A DNA stretch of 64,000 nucleotides from IMG/VR virus record IMGVR_UViG_3300033146_005641, positions 55,352 to 119,351 of that record; one strand, given 5' to 3'. Under the pieces are notes generated by a model, which was given only the letters and a program-made list of their open reading frames with translations, had not been told where the DNA came from and did no database searches. The DNA is from a virus (Duplodnaviria; Heunggongvirae; Uroviricota; Caudoviricetes). A program made the translations under genes and the position numbers. This document shows, one piece after another, positions 9,246 to 19,872 of the stretch. Numbering within the stretch: the stretch's first letter is position 1; every line of letters begins with the position of its first letter.

Positions 9246-10190
9246 ATGACTGAAAACACAAACCCAAAACCCGAATCAGATAAAGTAGAGGTAGTAAAAT
9301 ATCCTGAAGATCTGTCTCCTAATAGATTTATAAGTTTAGAATTTTTTGATCCTGCTAATATCCAGAATATATCTAGTTTATTAGATTCTATGAAGAAAGC
9401 AGGTATAAGTCTTTTTAATACTGTAGATGGAAAAAATAAATTTAATGGTTCTGAAGTAGCAAAAGCCTTTAGTAATATGGGAAATAAAGCCTCTAAGGTT
9501 ATCAAAACTGCGGTTGATAATATTTTAAGCGAAGGTAGAAGTGCTTTTAAGAAAAAAGTCTTAAAGGGTGTTTTATACCTGCCTTTACCTAATTCTTTAA
9601 AAGATGCTTCTCAAAATAGATATCAAGAAAGTTCGGGAGCTATTTCTTCTTTGGTAAATAAAATAAATAATAATTCGATATCAAACTCATTTAATGAACT
9701 TTCTAATAGTGTAGGCGCTAAAAATATAATTTTTAATTCTGACCTAAACCAGATCTATAAAGGTTCTAGTTTAAGGACTTTAGACTTATCTTGGATGCTT
9801 ATACCTCAAAACGTTAAAGAAAGAAACAACATTATTAAGATGATTAAGATGATTAAAAAATACTCTAGTCCAGATGCTAGTATCTCTAGGCTATTTCTGA
9901 TGCAACCCTCTCTAGTTAATGTAGTTTTAAGTAATCCTACATTGAATGATATACAAAGATATCATAATATGGTTATTAACAGTGTAAGTATAGACTTTGG
10001 CTCTGGAGGAAATATGGAGATGTTTTATGATGGAATGATTAAAGAAATAACACTTAGTATTTCACTAGTAGAACTTAAAATTAATACTAAACAAGACTGG
10101 TCTGATGATAAAAAATCTCAATTAGAAAAAAGTAAATATAGAAAAAAGTCTTATAATACTCAAAAGAAACTAAAAGGACTAGGATATTAA
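9246..10190 (+). CDS. gp48: Baseplate tail-tube cap
   Basis: LYLPLPNSL.D, YKGSSLRT..LSW.LIPQN..E...I..MIK, I.LSISL.E; synteny. Confidence 0.8.
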   Translation: MTENTNPKPESDKVEVVKYPEDLSPNRFISLEFFDPANIQNISSLLDSMKKAGISLFNTVDGKNKFNGSEVAKAFSNMGNKASKVIKTAVDNILSEGRSAFKKKVLKGVLYLPLPNSLKDASQNRYQESSGAISSLVNKINNNSISNSFNELSNSVGAKNIIFNSDLNQIYKGSSLRTLDLSWMLIPQNVKERNNIIKMIKMIKKYSSPDASISRLFLMQPSLVNVVLSNPTLNDIQRYHNMVINSVSIDFGSGGNMEMFYDGMIKEITLSISLVELKINTKQDWSDDKKSQLEKSKYRKKSYNTQKKLKGLGY

Positions 10191-10191
10191 A

Positions 10192-10716
10192 ATGATTAAT
10201 AAGGTTTATACGTACGATACTTTTGATAGGTATGATTATAACGTGAAAGATTATACTAGTAGATACTATGGTTATCTTAGCAAATATCTTCAGCAATATC
10301 CTGAATATTTTTTCTCGTATAGCGTCGAAGATGATGAAAAAATGGAAAATATTTCATATAAATTTTATAAAAGTGTGGATTATGCTGATCTAGTTTTAGC
10401 TATAAATGAAGATGTGTTTTTATGGAATGTTCCTTATAATCAAGATGTTAATAATAATCAGGCAGAACTATTAACTAAGATACTATTAAATTCGGCCGAT
10501 TTACTAGGTATTAATACTGTAGAGAAAGAAAAAATAGAAAAACTAGCTAAAGACGGTATTGAAGAGGGTAATAGTTTAAAAAGAAATATATTATTACCTC
10601 GTCCTGAATATCTTTCTACAGTTTTATCACTGATTGAAAAATATAGAGATAAATATAATTTAAATAAAAAATTAGCTGAAGATGAAGCAAGAAAACTATC
10701 TGATGAGGTTATATAA
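10192..10716 (+). CDS. gp53: Baseplate wedge subunit
   Basis: YSVEDDEKMENISYKFY (LysM-like), follows gp48. Confidence 0.75.
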   Translation: MINKVYTYDTFDRYDYNVKDYTSRYYGYLSKYLQQYPEYFFSYSVEDDEKMENISYKFYKSVDYADLVLAINEDVFLWNVPYNQDVNNNQAELLTKILLNSADLLGINTVEKEKIEKLAKDGIEEGNSLKRNILLPRPEYLSTVLSLIEKYRDKYNLNKKLAEDEARKLSDEVI

Positions 10717-11879
10717 TGTTAGACGAATTCTCAGCTAATGGGTTTGATCTTACCCCCGAAATAGATAATTTTAATGGATATGAAGAATTTAAAATCTATG
10801 TGAATGGATTAGAAATTAGAGAATTTGAAATAATAGATTTTCAGATGAACTATGGAAAAGAGGAAAGAGGATTTCTATCTTTTGCAGATAATCTAGGAAT
10901 AGTGGAATTAGCCCCTCTAACCTTTGGTGTTTTAGAAATTCTTCTTATAGATAAATTAAAATCTAAACAATCTAAAAAATATATAATAACTAAAGTAGAA
11001 ACCATTAGAGCTAAGAACAATATTATTAATATTGATTTAGAATTTGAAGAGATGGATACGTATAAATTAAAAAATTCATACGTATCTAAATCTTTTAAAA
11101 ACTCTTCTATTTTAGAAATTCTGGAAAAAATATTTCAAGAATTAGAAATAGAAGCAGAATTTAATAATAAAGACAAATCTTTAAAATATGAATATTTTGT
11201 AACTCCCGGAAATATATCGGTCTATGATTTTATATCTACTCAATCTAAGATATCTGATTTTGATTTTTTTGTAGATCGAATGGGCTGGACCTTTGCACCT
11301 AGAGATAATTTTGATTTTTCTAAAATTAAAGTATTACCAGAAGATGCTTTTAGTTTTACAAATAAAAAACCGTTCTGGAAGATTTTAGAATATAAGGGTA
11401 AAATATCTAATATCACGGAATTAAGAAAATGTGTAAATTCTTCTTTAACTAATCCAAATATTAAAGATTTAAAGTATGATTCTAATGAAATTACAATTAA
11501 AGAATTATATAGCTCTCAAAAATTAAATGGTCATTCCGGTATTTCTGAAAAAGAAATTCCAGATATATTAAATAATATAGGTAAAAAACAGATAAATCAT
11601 ACCTTCTATACACCTATATTAGGTGATGATGAAGACTTTAGAGAGCACATAAAGAAAACTCAAGATATAAGTATAGCAGTTCAAGGCGTGTTAGGTATTA
11701 GAATGTATGGTGTTATTAGATTAGATATTCCTAGGGCTAAAGTTCTAAAAGATAGCTCTTTAGATTCTGTATTTAGTGGTAAATTTGTGGTATATAAAGT
11801 TATCGATAAGATAATGTCAGGTAAATATTTTCAAATACTACATTTAAGATCTTCAGATTTTGGAGAACAAAAATTTTAA
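10716..11879 (+). CDS. Baseplate hub protein, gp27-like
   Basis: C-terminal DSVFSGKFVVYKVIDKI; precedes gp5. Confidence 0.6.
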   Translation: MLDEFSANGFDLTPEIDNFNGYEEFKIYVNGLEIREFEIIDFQMNYGKEERGFLSFADNLGIVELAPLTFGVLEILLIDKLKSKQSKKYIITKVETIRAKNNIINIDLEFEEMDTYKLKNSYVSKSFKNSSILEILEKIFQELEIEAEFNNKDKSLKYEYFVTPGNISVYDFISTQSKISDFDFFVDRMGWTFAPRDNFDFSKIKVLPEDAFSFTNKKPFWKILEYKGKISNITELRKCVNSSLTNPNIKDLKYDSNEITIKELYSSQKLNGHSGISEKEIPDILNNIGKKQINHTFYTPILGDDEDFREHIKKTQDISIAVQGVLGIRMYGVIRLDIPRAKVLKDSSLDSVFSGKFVVYKVIDKIMSGKYFQILHLRSSDFGEQKF

Positions 11880-11886
11880 AAATTAA

Positions 11887-11894
11887 TATAAATA
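11887..11894 (+). promoter_or_regulatory. Late promoter TATAAATA (gp5)
   Basis: Exact consensus before SD gagga. Confidence 0.7.
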
Positions 11895-11914
11895 TTGAAA
11901 AATAGAGGACGGAT

Positions 11915-12820
11915 ATGAAATTATATGAGTGTGTAGTAGAAGATAATAAAGATCCTGACTACCTCGGAAGAGTAAAGTTAAGAGTCTTAGGTGTTCATAA
12001 TCCTAAACTAAAAGATGTTAAAACCGAGGAACTACCCTGGAGTAGATGTCTTCATCCCTTAGATCAAGGAAATACTTTTGGTACTTCTACTAATATTAAA
12101 GTAGGTACTTGGGGATGGTGTTTTTCCTTAAATGAATCTGATACCGAATTTTTATTCATCGGAACATCTAAGGGTGTTTTTAATTCTGTAACTACTAAAG
12201 ATACCGATGGCGATGAAATAGGATTCAAGGATCCCTCAGGTCAGTTTCCTATTAGAAAAGGAATACCTGATAATCCTTTAATGTACGGTGAAAAGCTCAA
12301 TCCCGATATTACAAGAGACAGAGTAAAAGTAGAGTCTTTTTCAGAGCAAAAAGATACAGCCGACAAAGCTGTATATCCTAATAATAAAGTTTACGAAGAT
12401 TATGAAGGAAATATAGTAGAGATTGATGGTACTAAAGGTAATCCTAGAATCAGAATTCAACATTCATCAGGAGCCAGAGTAGAAATTTCTACTAAAGGAG
12501 ATATAACTATACAGGCTTCAGATAGAGGAAACTTATGGATAGAAACTCCTGGAATATTTGCTTTAGGTGCTGATGGTAATATAATATTTGAAGGAGACTT
12601 TAAGGTAGTAGGAAGTATTGAATGTACTGGAGATATTTCAGATAAGACAGGAACTCTTGATTCATTGAGACAACAACATGATACAAATGTATCTACTTTT
12701 AATTCACATACTCACCTATATAATCCTGGCCCGGGCAGCCCCACACCTACTGTAACACCGAATTCTCCAGAGACTCCAGATCCTAAGAATAAATTCGTGT
12801 GGTCAGGGACTCCTTTATAA
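11915..12820 (+). CDS. gp5: Baseplate central spike (OB-fold plus beta-helix, no lysozyme domain)
   Basis: VVEDNKDP.YLGRVKLRV.GVH, LPWS; HSSGARVEI; terminal HTH metal-binding tip motif. Confidence 0.9.
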   Translation: MKLYECVVEDNKDPDYLGRVKLRVLGVHNPKLKDVKTEELPWSRCLHPLDQGNTFGTSTNIKVGTWGWCFSLNESDTEFLFIGTSKGVFNSVTTKDTDGDEIGFKDPSGQFPIRKGIPDNPLMYGEKLNPDITRDRVKVESFSEQKDTADKAVYPNNKVYEDYEGNIVEIDGTKGNPRIRIQHSSGARVEISTKGDITIQASDRGNLWIETPGIFALGADGNIIFEGDFKVVGSIECTGDISDKTGTLDSLRQQHDTNVSTFNSHTHLYNPGPGSPTPTVTPNSPETPDPKNKFVWSGTPL

Positions 12821-12823
12821 ATA
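12816..12823 (+). promoter_or_regulatory. Late promoter TATAAATA (gp25-gp6-gp7)
   Basis: Exact consensus overlapping the gp5 stop. Confidence 0.65.
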
Positions 12824-12842
12824 TATAAATTAAGGAGCATAA

Positions 12843-13256
12843 ATGATAAGTAATAAATATGTAGATATATCTTCTCCGAAAAACTCTTACAGCTCCGTAC
12901 ATTATGAGAAAGACTACGATATAGATGCTATCAATAATTCTATAATGAATTTATTTTCTATAGAGCTTGGAGAGGTTCCTGGAAAGCCTTGGTTAGGTAA
13001 CCCTCTTTCTTTTTACTTATTTGATAATATAGGATATTTCGAACAAAGGTCTATAGAAATCTCTATTAGAAATACTCTTAGTTTATATGAATCTAGAGTA
13101 GAAATAGACTATGTTTATGTAGAAATGGAAGACGATACTAATTCTATGGAAATTAATATCGGCTATTATACACTGTTAGGTAGTCAGGAAGTTTTTGAAG
13201 ATTTAAAGTTTAAATATTCACATAATAATATGACATCAATAGCTCAAAGAATATAA
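12843..13256 (+). CDS. gp25: Baseplate wedge subunit
   Basis: AINNSIMNL.....GE.P..PW.G..L..YLF, L..YE.RV. Confidence 0.88.
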   Translation: MISNKYVDISSPKNSYSSVHYEKDYDIDAINNSIMNLFSIELGEVPGKPWLGNPLSFYLFDNIGYFEQRSIEISIRNTLSLYESRVEIDYVYVEMEDDTNSMEINIGYYTLLGSQEVFEDLKFKYSHNNMTSIAQRI

Positions 13257-13265
13257 AGGAAAAAT

Positions 13266-16200
13266 ATGGCTAACGATTTTACTAGTGATTCAGGTACTCT
13301 ACAAGAAATTATACCGTTCACTTATGATGAGATTGAACAAAAAGTAAAAGAAATTTTAATATCTAAAGGTTTTAAAGATATAAATTATCCTGGATCTAAT
13401 ATTAGTCAAATCTCTGATATTATGATATATTTAGTACACGTATTAAATACTAATACGGCTATAAATTTACAAGAAGTTTTACTACCTCTAGCCACTAAAA
13501 AATCTAATGTATTATTTTCTGCTAGACATTTAGGGTATGAAGCTAAAAGAAAAACATCTTATAGATATAACCTAAAAATTAATTTTAAAAAGAAAGAAAA
13601 TATATCCGATACTCAATCTTATAATTTTGTTTTAGATAAGTATACAAAATTTACAAGTAATGATAATGATTATTATTACCTAGGAGATCCTATTATTGTA
13701 GAAGGTATTACTAATCAAAACAGATTTGATAAGTCCTTTACAATAGAGGTAAAAGAAGGTACATTACACAAATACGAAGATGAGGAATTATTAAATATTA
13801 GAGCATATTCGGAAGCAACAGATTCTGGAGCATTTACAAAACAAAACTATATGATACCTTATAGAGATGTAGAAGAAGACGGTATTGAATTATTTTTAAC
13901 TTATATTGACGATTATGGTACTCTTATTGAAAAAGAAAAATGGAGGAGATATGATTCAATAATGATTGATAGTTCTTTCAGAGAAGTTCAAAAGAAGTTT
14001 ATTACACTAGAAAATATCTTTTTAGAGATGCCTTCTGTATTTTTTGAAATAGGAGGAATAGGTAATCCTATAAGAATTAATACTTTAATACAAGCTAACG
14101 TATTAGTTTCAAAAGGAAGTAAGGGCGAAGCAGGAGAAAATTTTGAAGCGGATGAAGCATTAAAAGATCAAATATCTGTTTATATGGAAGATATTGTACA
14201 TTACGGTACCGAGTCTGAATCTATAGAAGAAATAAAAGAAAACGCCATGATATATCACAATAGTGCTAATAGAGCAGTTACTGCGCTAGATTATAAGGCT
14301 ATTGTTAAAAATCATGAATCTGTAAGATACGGTACTGTATGGGGGTCAGAAGAAGAACGTTATGATGCTTTTCTACCCGGTAATATTTTATTTAGTTTGT
14401 TTCCTCAAAGAACTATTAGAAACTTAATTCCTACAGACGTAAATAAAGATTATAATGATATAGATGAGTATGACGCTTACAAATTTCAATTTGATCTTCA
14501 ATATATGCCTAGAAGACCTGTAATAAATTTTTTAGCAGATCCTACTACTAATCCTGTTACAAGACCTATAGATTATATTCCTAGACCTGTAGGATATATA
14601 GATAAACCTGACGGATGGGATGATTATGCTAGTGGTGGTGTCTTACCACCTCCTCCAGTTGTTAGTCCAAATCCTGGAGAGAAACCGGTGATTCAGTATC
14701 CTCAAGAAAGAGCAAATTATTTTGCAGATCCTACAGCAGGTGGAGGTGTTCAGGATCAGCTTCCGAATAACTGGATAGAAAATCCTAATATTTCAGGAAC
14801 TTTCGATGGTGTTAATCCTGAACCCGGTTTAGAATTAATACAAGATGAAACTTTTGTTAAAATATTTAATGATTATATTAAAACTATAAATTCCGCCGAC
14901 GCAGCAATTTATACTAACAATGATCAGTCTTGGTACGATGATGAAGAAACTCACGGTCTAGATGATAATGCAGCAGGTGGTTCGTTTGGAGGTAGTGCGG
15001 GTGAGGGCTCACTATATAAAGAATGGTTACAAAAACCTGAAGTTATAGAGTATATAACTTGGTTAAAAGAAGACTATCTTTATAGGACGTCTCTAGCAGA
15101 ATATACTAAATGGGAAAGTAATAGAAACGAATTTCAAGAATATTTAGAATTTTTAAATTCTGAAGACGGTATTGAATATATTACTTGGTTTAATTCATTA
15201 GATTTTAATCAACAACAAGATGTTTTAACTTATGAAGACTATCTGGACAGTGTAAATAGATATAATGAAAACAAAAAAGAACAAGACTCACTATTAGATA
15301 ACTGGTACTTAAGAGATGATGAAATTTATAAAAATCCAGATACTAAAATAGATGAGGATGACGGTTCTATATTTTCTTCTTTAGAAAAATATAGAATTAT
15401 GACTATGAATCATGTTTATAGACAACCGGTATACTGTAATTTCGATTTTAAAGTAAGAGTTATTAATTATGAATTAGGTAAAGAAATAGCAGAAACTAAT
15501 CAAGCTATTTTCGATACTATTAATAATTATTTTAAAAATTATATAGAAAAATTAGATGTAGAGTATTATTCATCTAATCTTAAAAGAAGGGTGGATGAGA
15601 TAGTAGGTGATTCTACAGGTGTAGAAATCGATTTAACAACAGATCTGAGCCTACATAAAATAATGTATGATCCGTTTACATCATTACTATATTCTCAAAA
15701 TATGAATAAAATAATAACTAAATTAGCTTTTCCTTTTGAAAATATGTTTAGTAACGGATTAGATTTTGATGGCTATAAGGTTCTACCAAATATCGATACC
15801 GATAATTTCATTTTGGGAAAAACAAAATTCATTGTTGAAGAACCTACAGAATCTGCTACTCTAGGAAGCGGTACAAGTATATCTCTTAATGTTGGTGAGG
15901 TAGTAATGGTTCAGGATGGATCTGTATATAAGTATTATAAAACTCTAAGCGACAGACCTTCTATATCTATAGATTCTGAAAATTTTGAAGATGATTCTAG
16001 GTGGATAGATTTAAATGATGAAATAGATATTATTAGAAGAGATACTGTAAAGGTTCTTAGAAAAGGTTCTTTAGATTATGAATACTTATATGTAAATGAA
16101 GATATGATTAAGGTTAATCTATATTATGTATTAGATAGTATAAATGGAGGATATGATTCTTCAAAATGGGAAACCGAATTTAGTTTTAAAGATATTAACA

Positions 16201-16598
16201 ATGATCCTATTCTATTAAAACCTTTAAATTTATATGTAAAGAAAAATGTAGATGGTGATTATGATGTGCCTAGTACTTTTAGAACAGTAGATAAGGAAAT
16301 AGAGATTCCTATTTATATAGGCGATGTAAATGATTCATTAATACCTGATATAGAGGTAGGAAAATATATTATTAGAAACGGAAGATATCAACACATAGAA
16401 GTACATCTAGAGTTCGAAGATGAGGTTTCTGAGGGTGTAATTATAGGTGATGAAAAAATTCCTGCAAATCTTACTTTTACAGATTATGGATTTGGGTATC
16501 TAAATTTAACATATCCTAATGAGGTTGAAGTTAGTTCGGATAACATGCCTTTTACTGCTAACACTATGCCTAGATTAAGACAAGTAAAATTTTTATAG
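13266..16598 (+). CDS. gp6: Baseplate wedge subunit with a large internal insertion
   Basis: GSNISQI.DIM, SNV...ARHLGY, GTESESIEEIK, NRAVTALDY, WGSEE gp6 signatures. Confidence 0.9.
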   Translation: MANDFTSDSGTLQEIIPFTYDEIEQKVKEILISKGFKDINYPGSNISQISDIMIYLVHVLNTNTAINLQEVLLPLATKKSNVLFSARHLGYEAKRKTSYRYNLKINFKKKENISDTQSYNFVLDKYTKFTSNDNDYYYLGDPIIVEGITNQNRFDKSFTIEVKEGTLHKYEDEELLNIRAYSEATDSGAFTKQNYMIPYRDVEEDGIELFLTYIDDYGTLIEKEKWRRYDSIMIDSSFREVQKKFITLENIFLEMPSVFFEIGGIGNPIRINTLIQANVLVSKGSKGEAGENFEADEALKDQISVYMEDIVHYGTESESIEEIKENAMIYHNSANRAVTALDYKAIVKNHESVRYGTVWGSEEERYDAFLPGNILFSLFPQRTIRNLIPTDVNKDYNDIDEYDAYKFQFDLQYMPRRPVINFLADPTTNPVTRPIDYIPRPVGYIDKPDGWDDYASGGVLPPPPVVSPNPGEKPVIQYPQERANYFADPTAGGGVQDQLPNNWIENPNISGTFDGVNPEPGLELIQDETFVKIFNDYIKTINSADAAIYTNNDQSWYDDEETHGLDDNAAGGSFGGSAGEGSLYKEWLQKPEVIEYITWLKEDYLYRTSLAEYTKWESNRNEFQEYLEFLNSEDGIEYITWFNSLDFNQQQDVLTYEDYLDSVNRYNENKKEQDSLLDNWYLRDDEIYKNPDTKIDEDDGSIFSSLEKYRIMTMNHVYRQPVYCNFDFKVRVINYELGKEIAETNQAIFDTINNYFKNYIEKLDVEYYSSNLKRRVDEIVGDSTGVEIDLTTDLSLHKIMYDPFTSLLYSQNMNKIITKLAFPFENMFSNGLDFDGYKVLPNIDTDNFILGKTKFIVEEPTESATLGSGTSISLNVGEVVMVQDGSVYKYYKTLSDRPSISIDSENFEDDSRWIDLNDEIDIIRRDTVKVLRKGSLDYEYLYVNEDMIKVNLYYVLDSINGGYDSSKWETEFSFKDINNDPILLKPLNLYVKKNVDGDYDVPSTFRTVDKEIEIPIYIGDVNDSLIPDIEVGKYIIRNGRYQHIEVHLEFEDEVSEGVIIGDEKIPANLTFTDYGFGYLNLTYPNEVEVSSDNMPFTANTMPRLRQVKFL

Positions 16599-16607
16599 GA
16601 GATTTGA

Positions 16608-19600
16608 ATGAATGACATTGTCGGTGTATCAGGTGATTACACGCTCAATTCAATAAACATTAAAGAAGATAAGGTTTTTAGAAGTGTAGTAGAAGCTATT
16701 ACGCCTGAAAAAATATTTAAAGAAAACAAAGAATTGATTGATGCTTTTGTAGATATCCTAGTAGAAGAATCTCCTATATCTATTAATATAATGGATATAT
16801 TTAATAAAGATAAAAGCATAGAGAGTTTAGATGCTGTTCAGAAACAATTTGCAGAAGTTTATTTAAATAATTTTTATACCGTTTGGAATAAAGCCAAAAC
16901 CGACTTTAGATTAAAAAATAAAATAGATAATCTTCTTAAAGAATATTCTAATCTGGGTGTGGAAATAGATAGAAAAAAATCTTTTATAAACTTTTTCAAA
17001 AATGAAGAAGAGATGTATACTTCTGATAGATATATGATGGCTAAAACCTTTAATGAAAAAAAAGGTACTGAAGTAGCTATTGAATACGCCTATAAATTAG
17101 CGTGGTTATCAGGAATTGAAGGACCTCTTAGAGATGCTTATTTTTTCGATATACACTCTCAGTCTTGTTTAGGACTTTCTGAAGGATTTATTATCTGTGG
17201 AGATTCATTATCCGATCCTCTACCTCCAGAGCCTACACAAGAGGAGAAAGATTTATTTCCTAATATTTGGCCTCTTCCTAGTGAGATTCCTATTTTATGT
17301 AGTGATTCCTCTGCTTCTAGAATAGGTACTTTTACTATTTCTGATTCTGTATCTTATGATTCTTGTACAAAATTTACATATCAGATAGAGGGTTCGTTAT
17401 TTCCGGAATTTTTTGAAGCTTTTGTTTTACCTCTAGCACATCCTATAGGCTTTAATTATATCTATAGAAAAATAACATCTATAGCTTTCGAAGATTATTT
17501 TAATTTAGAATATATATACAGATGTGACGAAATCGGTGTTAGAAGTCTTTGTAAAGAAGGAGATTGTTCAGAGGCTCTTACAGAACCTTACGGTATAAGA
17601 GCTACATACGATGATAACGGAAATATTATTACTCGCGGAGGAGGAATTACTAACTCACAACTAAAGTATATTGAAAAAGGTATAATGGTAAGAGGAACAT
17701 ATAAGGATTGGGATTATGAAAAATATACATTCGATAATCAAAATTATTTAATTCAATATACTTATGCACCGCCGTTAGGGAAAGTTCAACAGGTAATAGA
17801 ATATTATGATATTAATTTAAATAGATCCTATAATTATGTTAAAAACTCTTCTTTCGAAGAGTGGTATGATTGGAATATACAATTACACGGAAATTGGACT
17901 ATAGGTACAGGTAAAGCCGTATTCAGTGGTAGAACAACAACTGGCGAAGATGATACGTATAAATTAACACAACCTATTTCGTTACAAAAAGATAAAAATT
18001 ATGAAATAGTAATTAAAGTAGAAAATCTCACACCGGGAGGACAAATTATATTAAGAATAAACGAAAGAAACGTTTATGACGAAAACGGGAATGTAGTAGG
18101 TGTAGATTATGACGAATGGGTTTTATCTGAAAATATTGAATATAATTTAGGATATACAGGATATGGTGGTGAAGAAATACAAGTATTCACTAATGAAGCT
18201 AACGTAGAATTTTCTATAGATTATATAAACGTATTTATTAATGAGCCTAATAAATCCTATACTAATGATAAGGATCAAAGCGATATATACATTATAAACC
18301 TTGATATTCCTATTTTAAATTTATTTACTTATGATGAAATTATAACAGATATTCAATCTGTTTTTACCGAAGATATGAATGAGTTATATTATGACTATCT
18401 AACAGATGATGATAGATATCCTATTATTGGTCAAAATATGATAATCAATGAATATAGTTTCGGAAGAGCGGATGTAGAAACTACTGGCGAAACTCAATGG
18501 GTAGACGTAAAAGAACATTTAACTGTAGAATATTTAGTTCCAACTAATGGTGAAGGTGAAGTTAGAACTCGTTATGAAGCTGTAAGAGATTTAGGATTAG
18601 TAGACATATTAAATGAAGATTTTACAGATATAAACCGTTGGAAAATATTAGTTAATAATATTAATTATAAGCTAGATATTGATGAAGATATTACTAGTGA
18701 GGGTGCTTTTAGAATTGGTGATAAATATTCTAATCCTACAGGTTTGGTTATTCCTAAGGGTTCCGATAACACTACTTATATGATAGAAGAATTAAGTATA
18801 GAAAGAGATTTTGAAGAGGAGTGGATTCAAGGATTAGACGATATTTCTTTTACTAATCCTTCTAAATGGTTTATGACATCCGATTGGAGGATAGAAGAAT
18901 TTTTCAATTCCGAATCTAACTTCGCTGAAATAAAACCAAGAAATACTATACAAACTACAGGTAATGAACAATTAATAGACGTTCAAATTGGTACGCTTAT
19001 AGAATATGTAGAGGCTGTTCAAGGACCCGATATAGATAATACTCCACCATTTGGACATAAGCATCATACATATGAGTCTTTAGAAAATAGAGGTGTTATA
19101 GATATTAACGAGGAAGATTTTATATCATCACCTAAATGGAAAAAATATAGAAGAACTGTAGACTCTTATTTATCTAGAGAAATAGATACAGATACTGTTC
19201 TTAATGATGAGATAATAAAATTAACTACATTAATAGACTTTCAGCATGAGTATAGCGATATTGATAACTGGATAGAGCTTACTATAGGACAAAAAGGTGA
19301 TGTAGTATATAGATATAAAAAAGATGAAGATTACTGGATAGAGATTAATACAGGAAATTTAGTTACTTATCAAAAATATAAAAACGGAATATTAGTATAT
19401 GAAAATCAATATGAGTCGGTTTTAGATAGAGGTGAAATTAATCTAAAAGAAGAAGATTTTACAGACTCTAATAACTGGACACTAATATCTAATACCGATA
19501 ACGTGCCGGATTATACATATAAATCCAATGATAATAATTTCGTTGTAGATATAAGTGTAGATATGACTATTGATGTTATTCAGGATAATTATTGGTCAAA

Positions 19601-19847
19601 TAGAGAAAGAAAAAGATATATTTCTAAAACCGATAGACTATCTGTGAATTTAGATTGGGAGGATTTCTCAGATGAAAATTTATGGATCGAAGAAGAGGTT
19701 AATAATCCCATAAGAGTATCTAATAGTACTCAAATAGAATGGGGAGGTAAGTATAAAGAAGATGATAAAATATACTTTACTGCTTCGCCTACCTTTAGAG
19801 GTAAAGTAACATATTTCGATACAAAAGTATTTAATAAAAAGTTATAA
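16608..19847 (+). CDS. Baseplate wedge subunit, gp7-like, with appended binding-type domains
   Basis: NEKKGTE.AIEY, FV.PLAHPIGF motifs; follows gp6. Confidence 0.7.
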   Translation: MNDIVGVSGDYTLNSINIKEDKVFRSVVEAITPEKIFKENKELIDAFVDILVEESPISINIMDIFNKDKSIESLDAVQKQFAEVYLNNFYTVWNKAKTDFRLKNKIDNLLKEYSNLGVEIDRKKSFINFFKNEEEMYTSDRYMMAKTFNEKKGTEVAIEYAYKLAWLSGIEGPLRDAYFFDIHSQSCLGLSEGFIICGDSLSDPLPPEPTQEEKDLFPNIWPLPSEIPILCSDSSASRIGTFTISDSVSYDSCTKFTYQIEGSLFPEFFEAFVLPLAHPIGFNYIYRKITSIAFEDYFNLEYIYRCDEIGVRSLCKEGDCSEALTEPYGIRATYDDNGNIITRGGGITNSQLKYIEKGIMVRGTYKDWDYEKYTFDNQNYLIQYTYAPPLGKVQQVIEYYDINLNRSYNYVKNSSFEEWYDWNIQLHGNWTIGTGKAVFSGRTTTGEDDTYKLTQPISLQKDKNYEIVIKVENLTPGGQIILRINERNVYDENGNVVGVDYDEWVLSENIEYNLGYTGYGGEEIQVFTNEANVEFSIDYINVFINEPNKSYTNDKDQSDIYIINLDIPILNLFTYDEIITDIQSVFTEDMNELYYDYLTDDDRYPIIGQNMIINEYSFGRADVETTGETQWVDVKEHLTVEYLVPTNGEGEVRTRYEAVRDLGLVDILNEDFTDINRWKILVNNINYKLDIDEDITSEGAFRIGDKYSNPTGLVIPKGSDNTTYMIEELSIERDFEEEWIQGLDDISFTNPSKWFMTSDWRIEEFFNSESNFAEIKPRNTIQTTGNEQLIDVQIGTLIEYVEAVQGPDIDNTPPFGHKHHTYESLENRGVIDINEEDFISSPKWKKYRRTVDSYLSREIDTDTVLNDEIIKLTTLIDFQHEYSDIDNWIELTIGQKGDVVYRYKKDEDYWIEINTGNLVTYQKYKNGILVYENQYESVLDRGEINLKEEDFTDSNNWTLISNTDNVPDYTYKSNDNNFVVDISVDMTIDVIQDNYWSNRERKRYISKTDRLSVNLDWEDFSDENLWIEEEVNNPIRVSNSTQIEWGGKYKEDDKIYFTASPTFRGKVTYFDTKVFNKKL

Positions 19848-19850
19848 ATA
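19843..19850 (+). promoter_or_regulatory. Late promoter TATAAATA
   Basis: Exact consensus before 19873. Confidence 0.65.
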
Positions 19851-19872
19851 ATTTAACTAAAAAAGGAAGAAA

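Noticed and set aside
14410-15370. gp6 insertion as an intein or intron
   Set aside because: No Cys/Ser start, no His-Asn end, no LAGLIDADG/HNH motifs, and the frame is continuous
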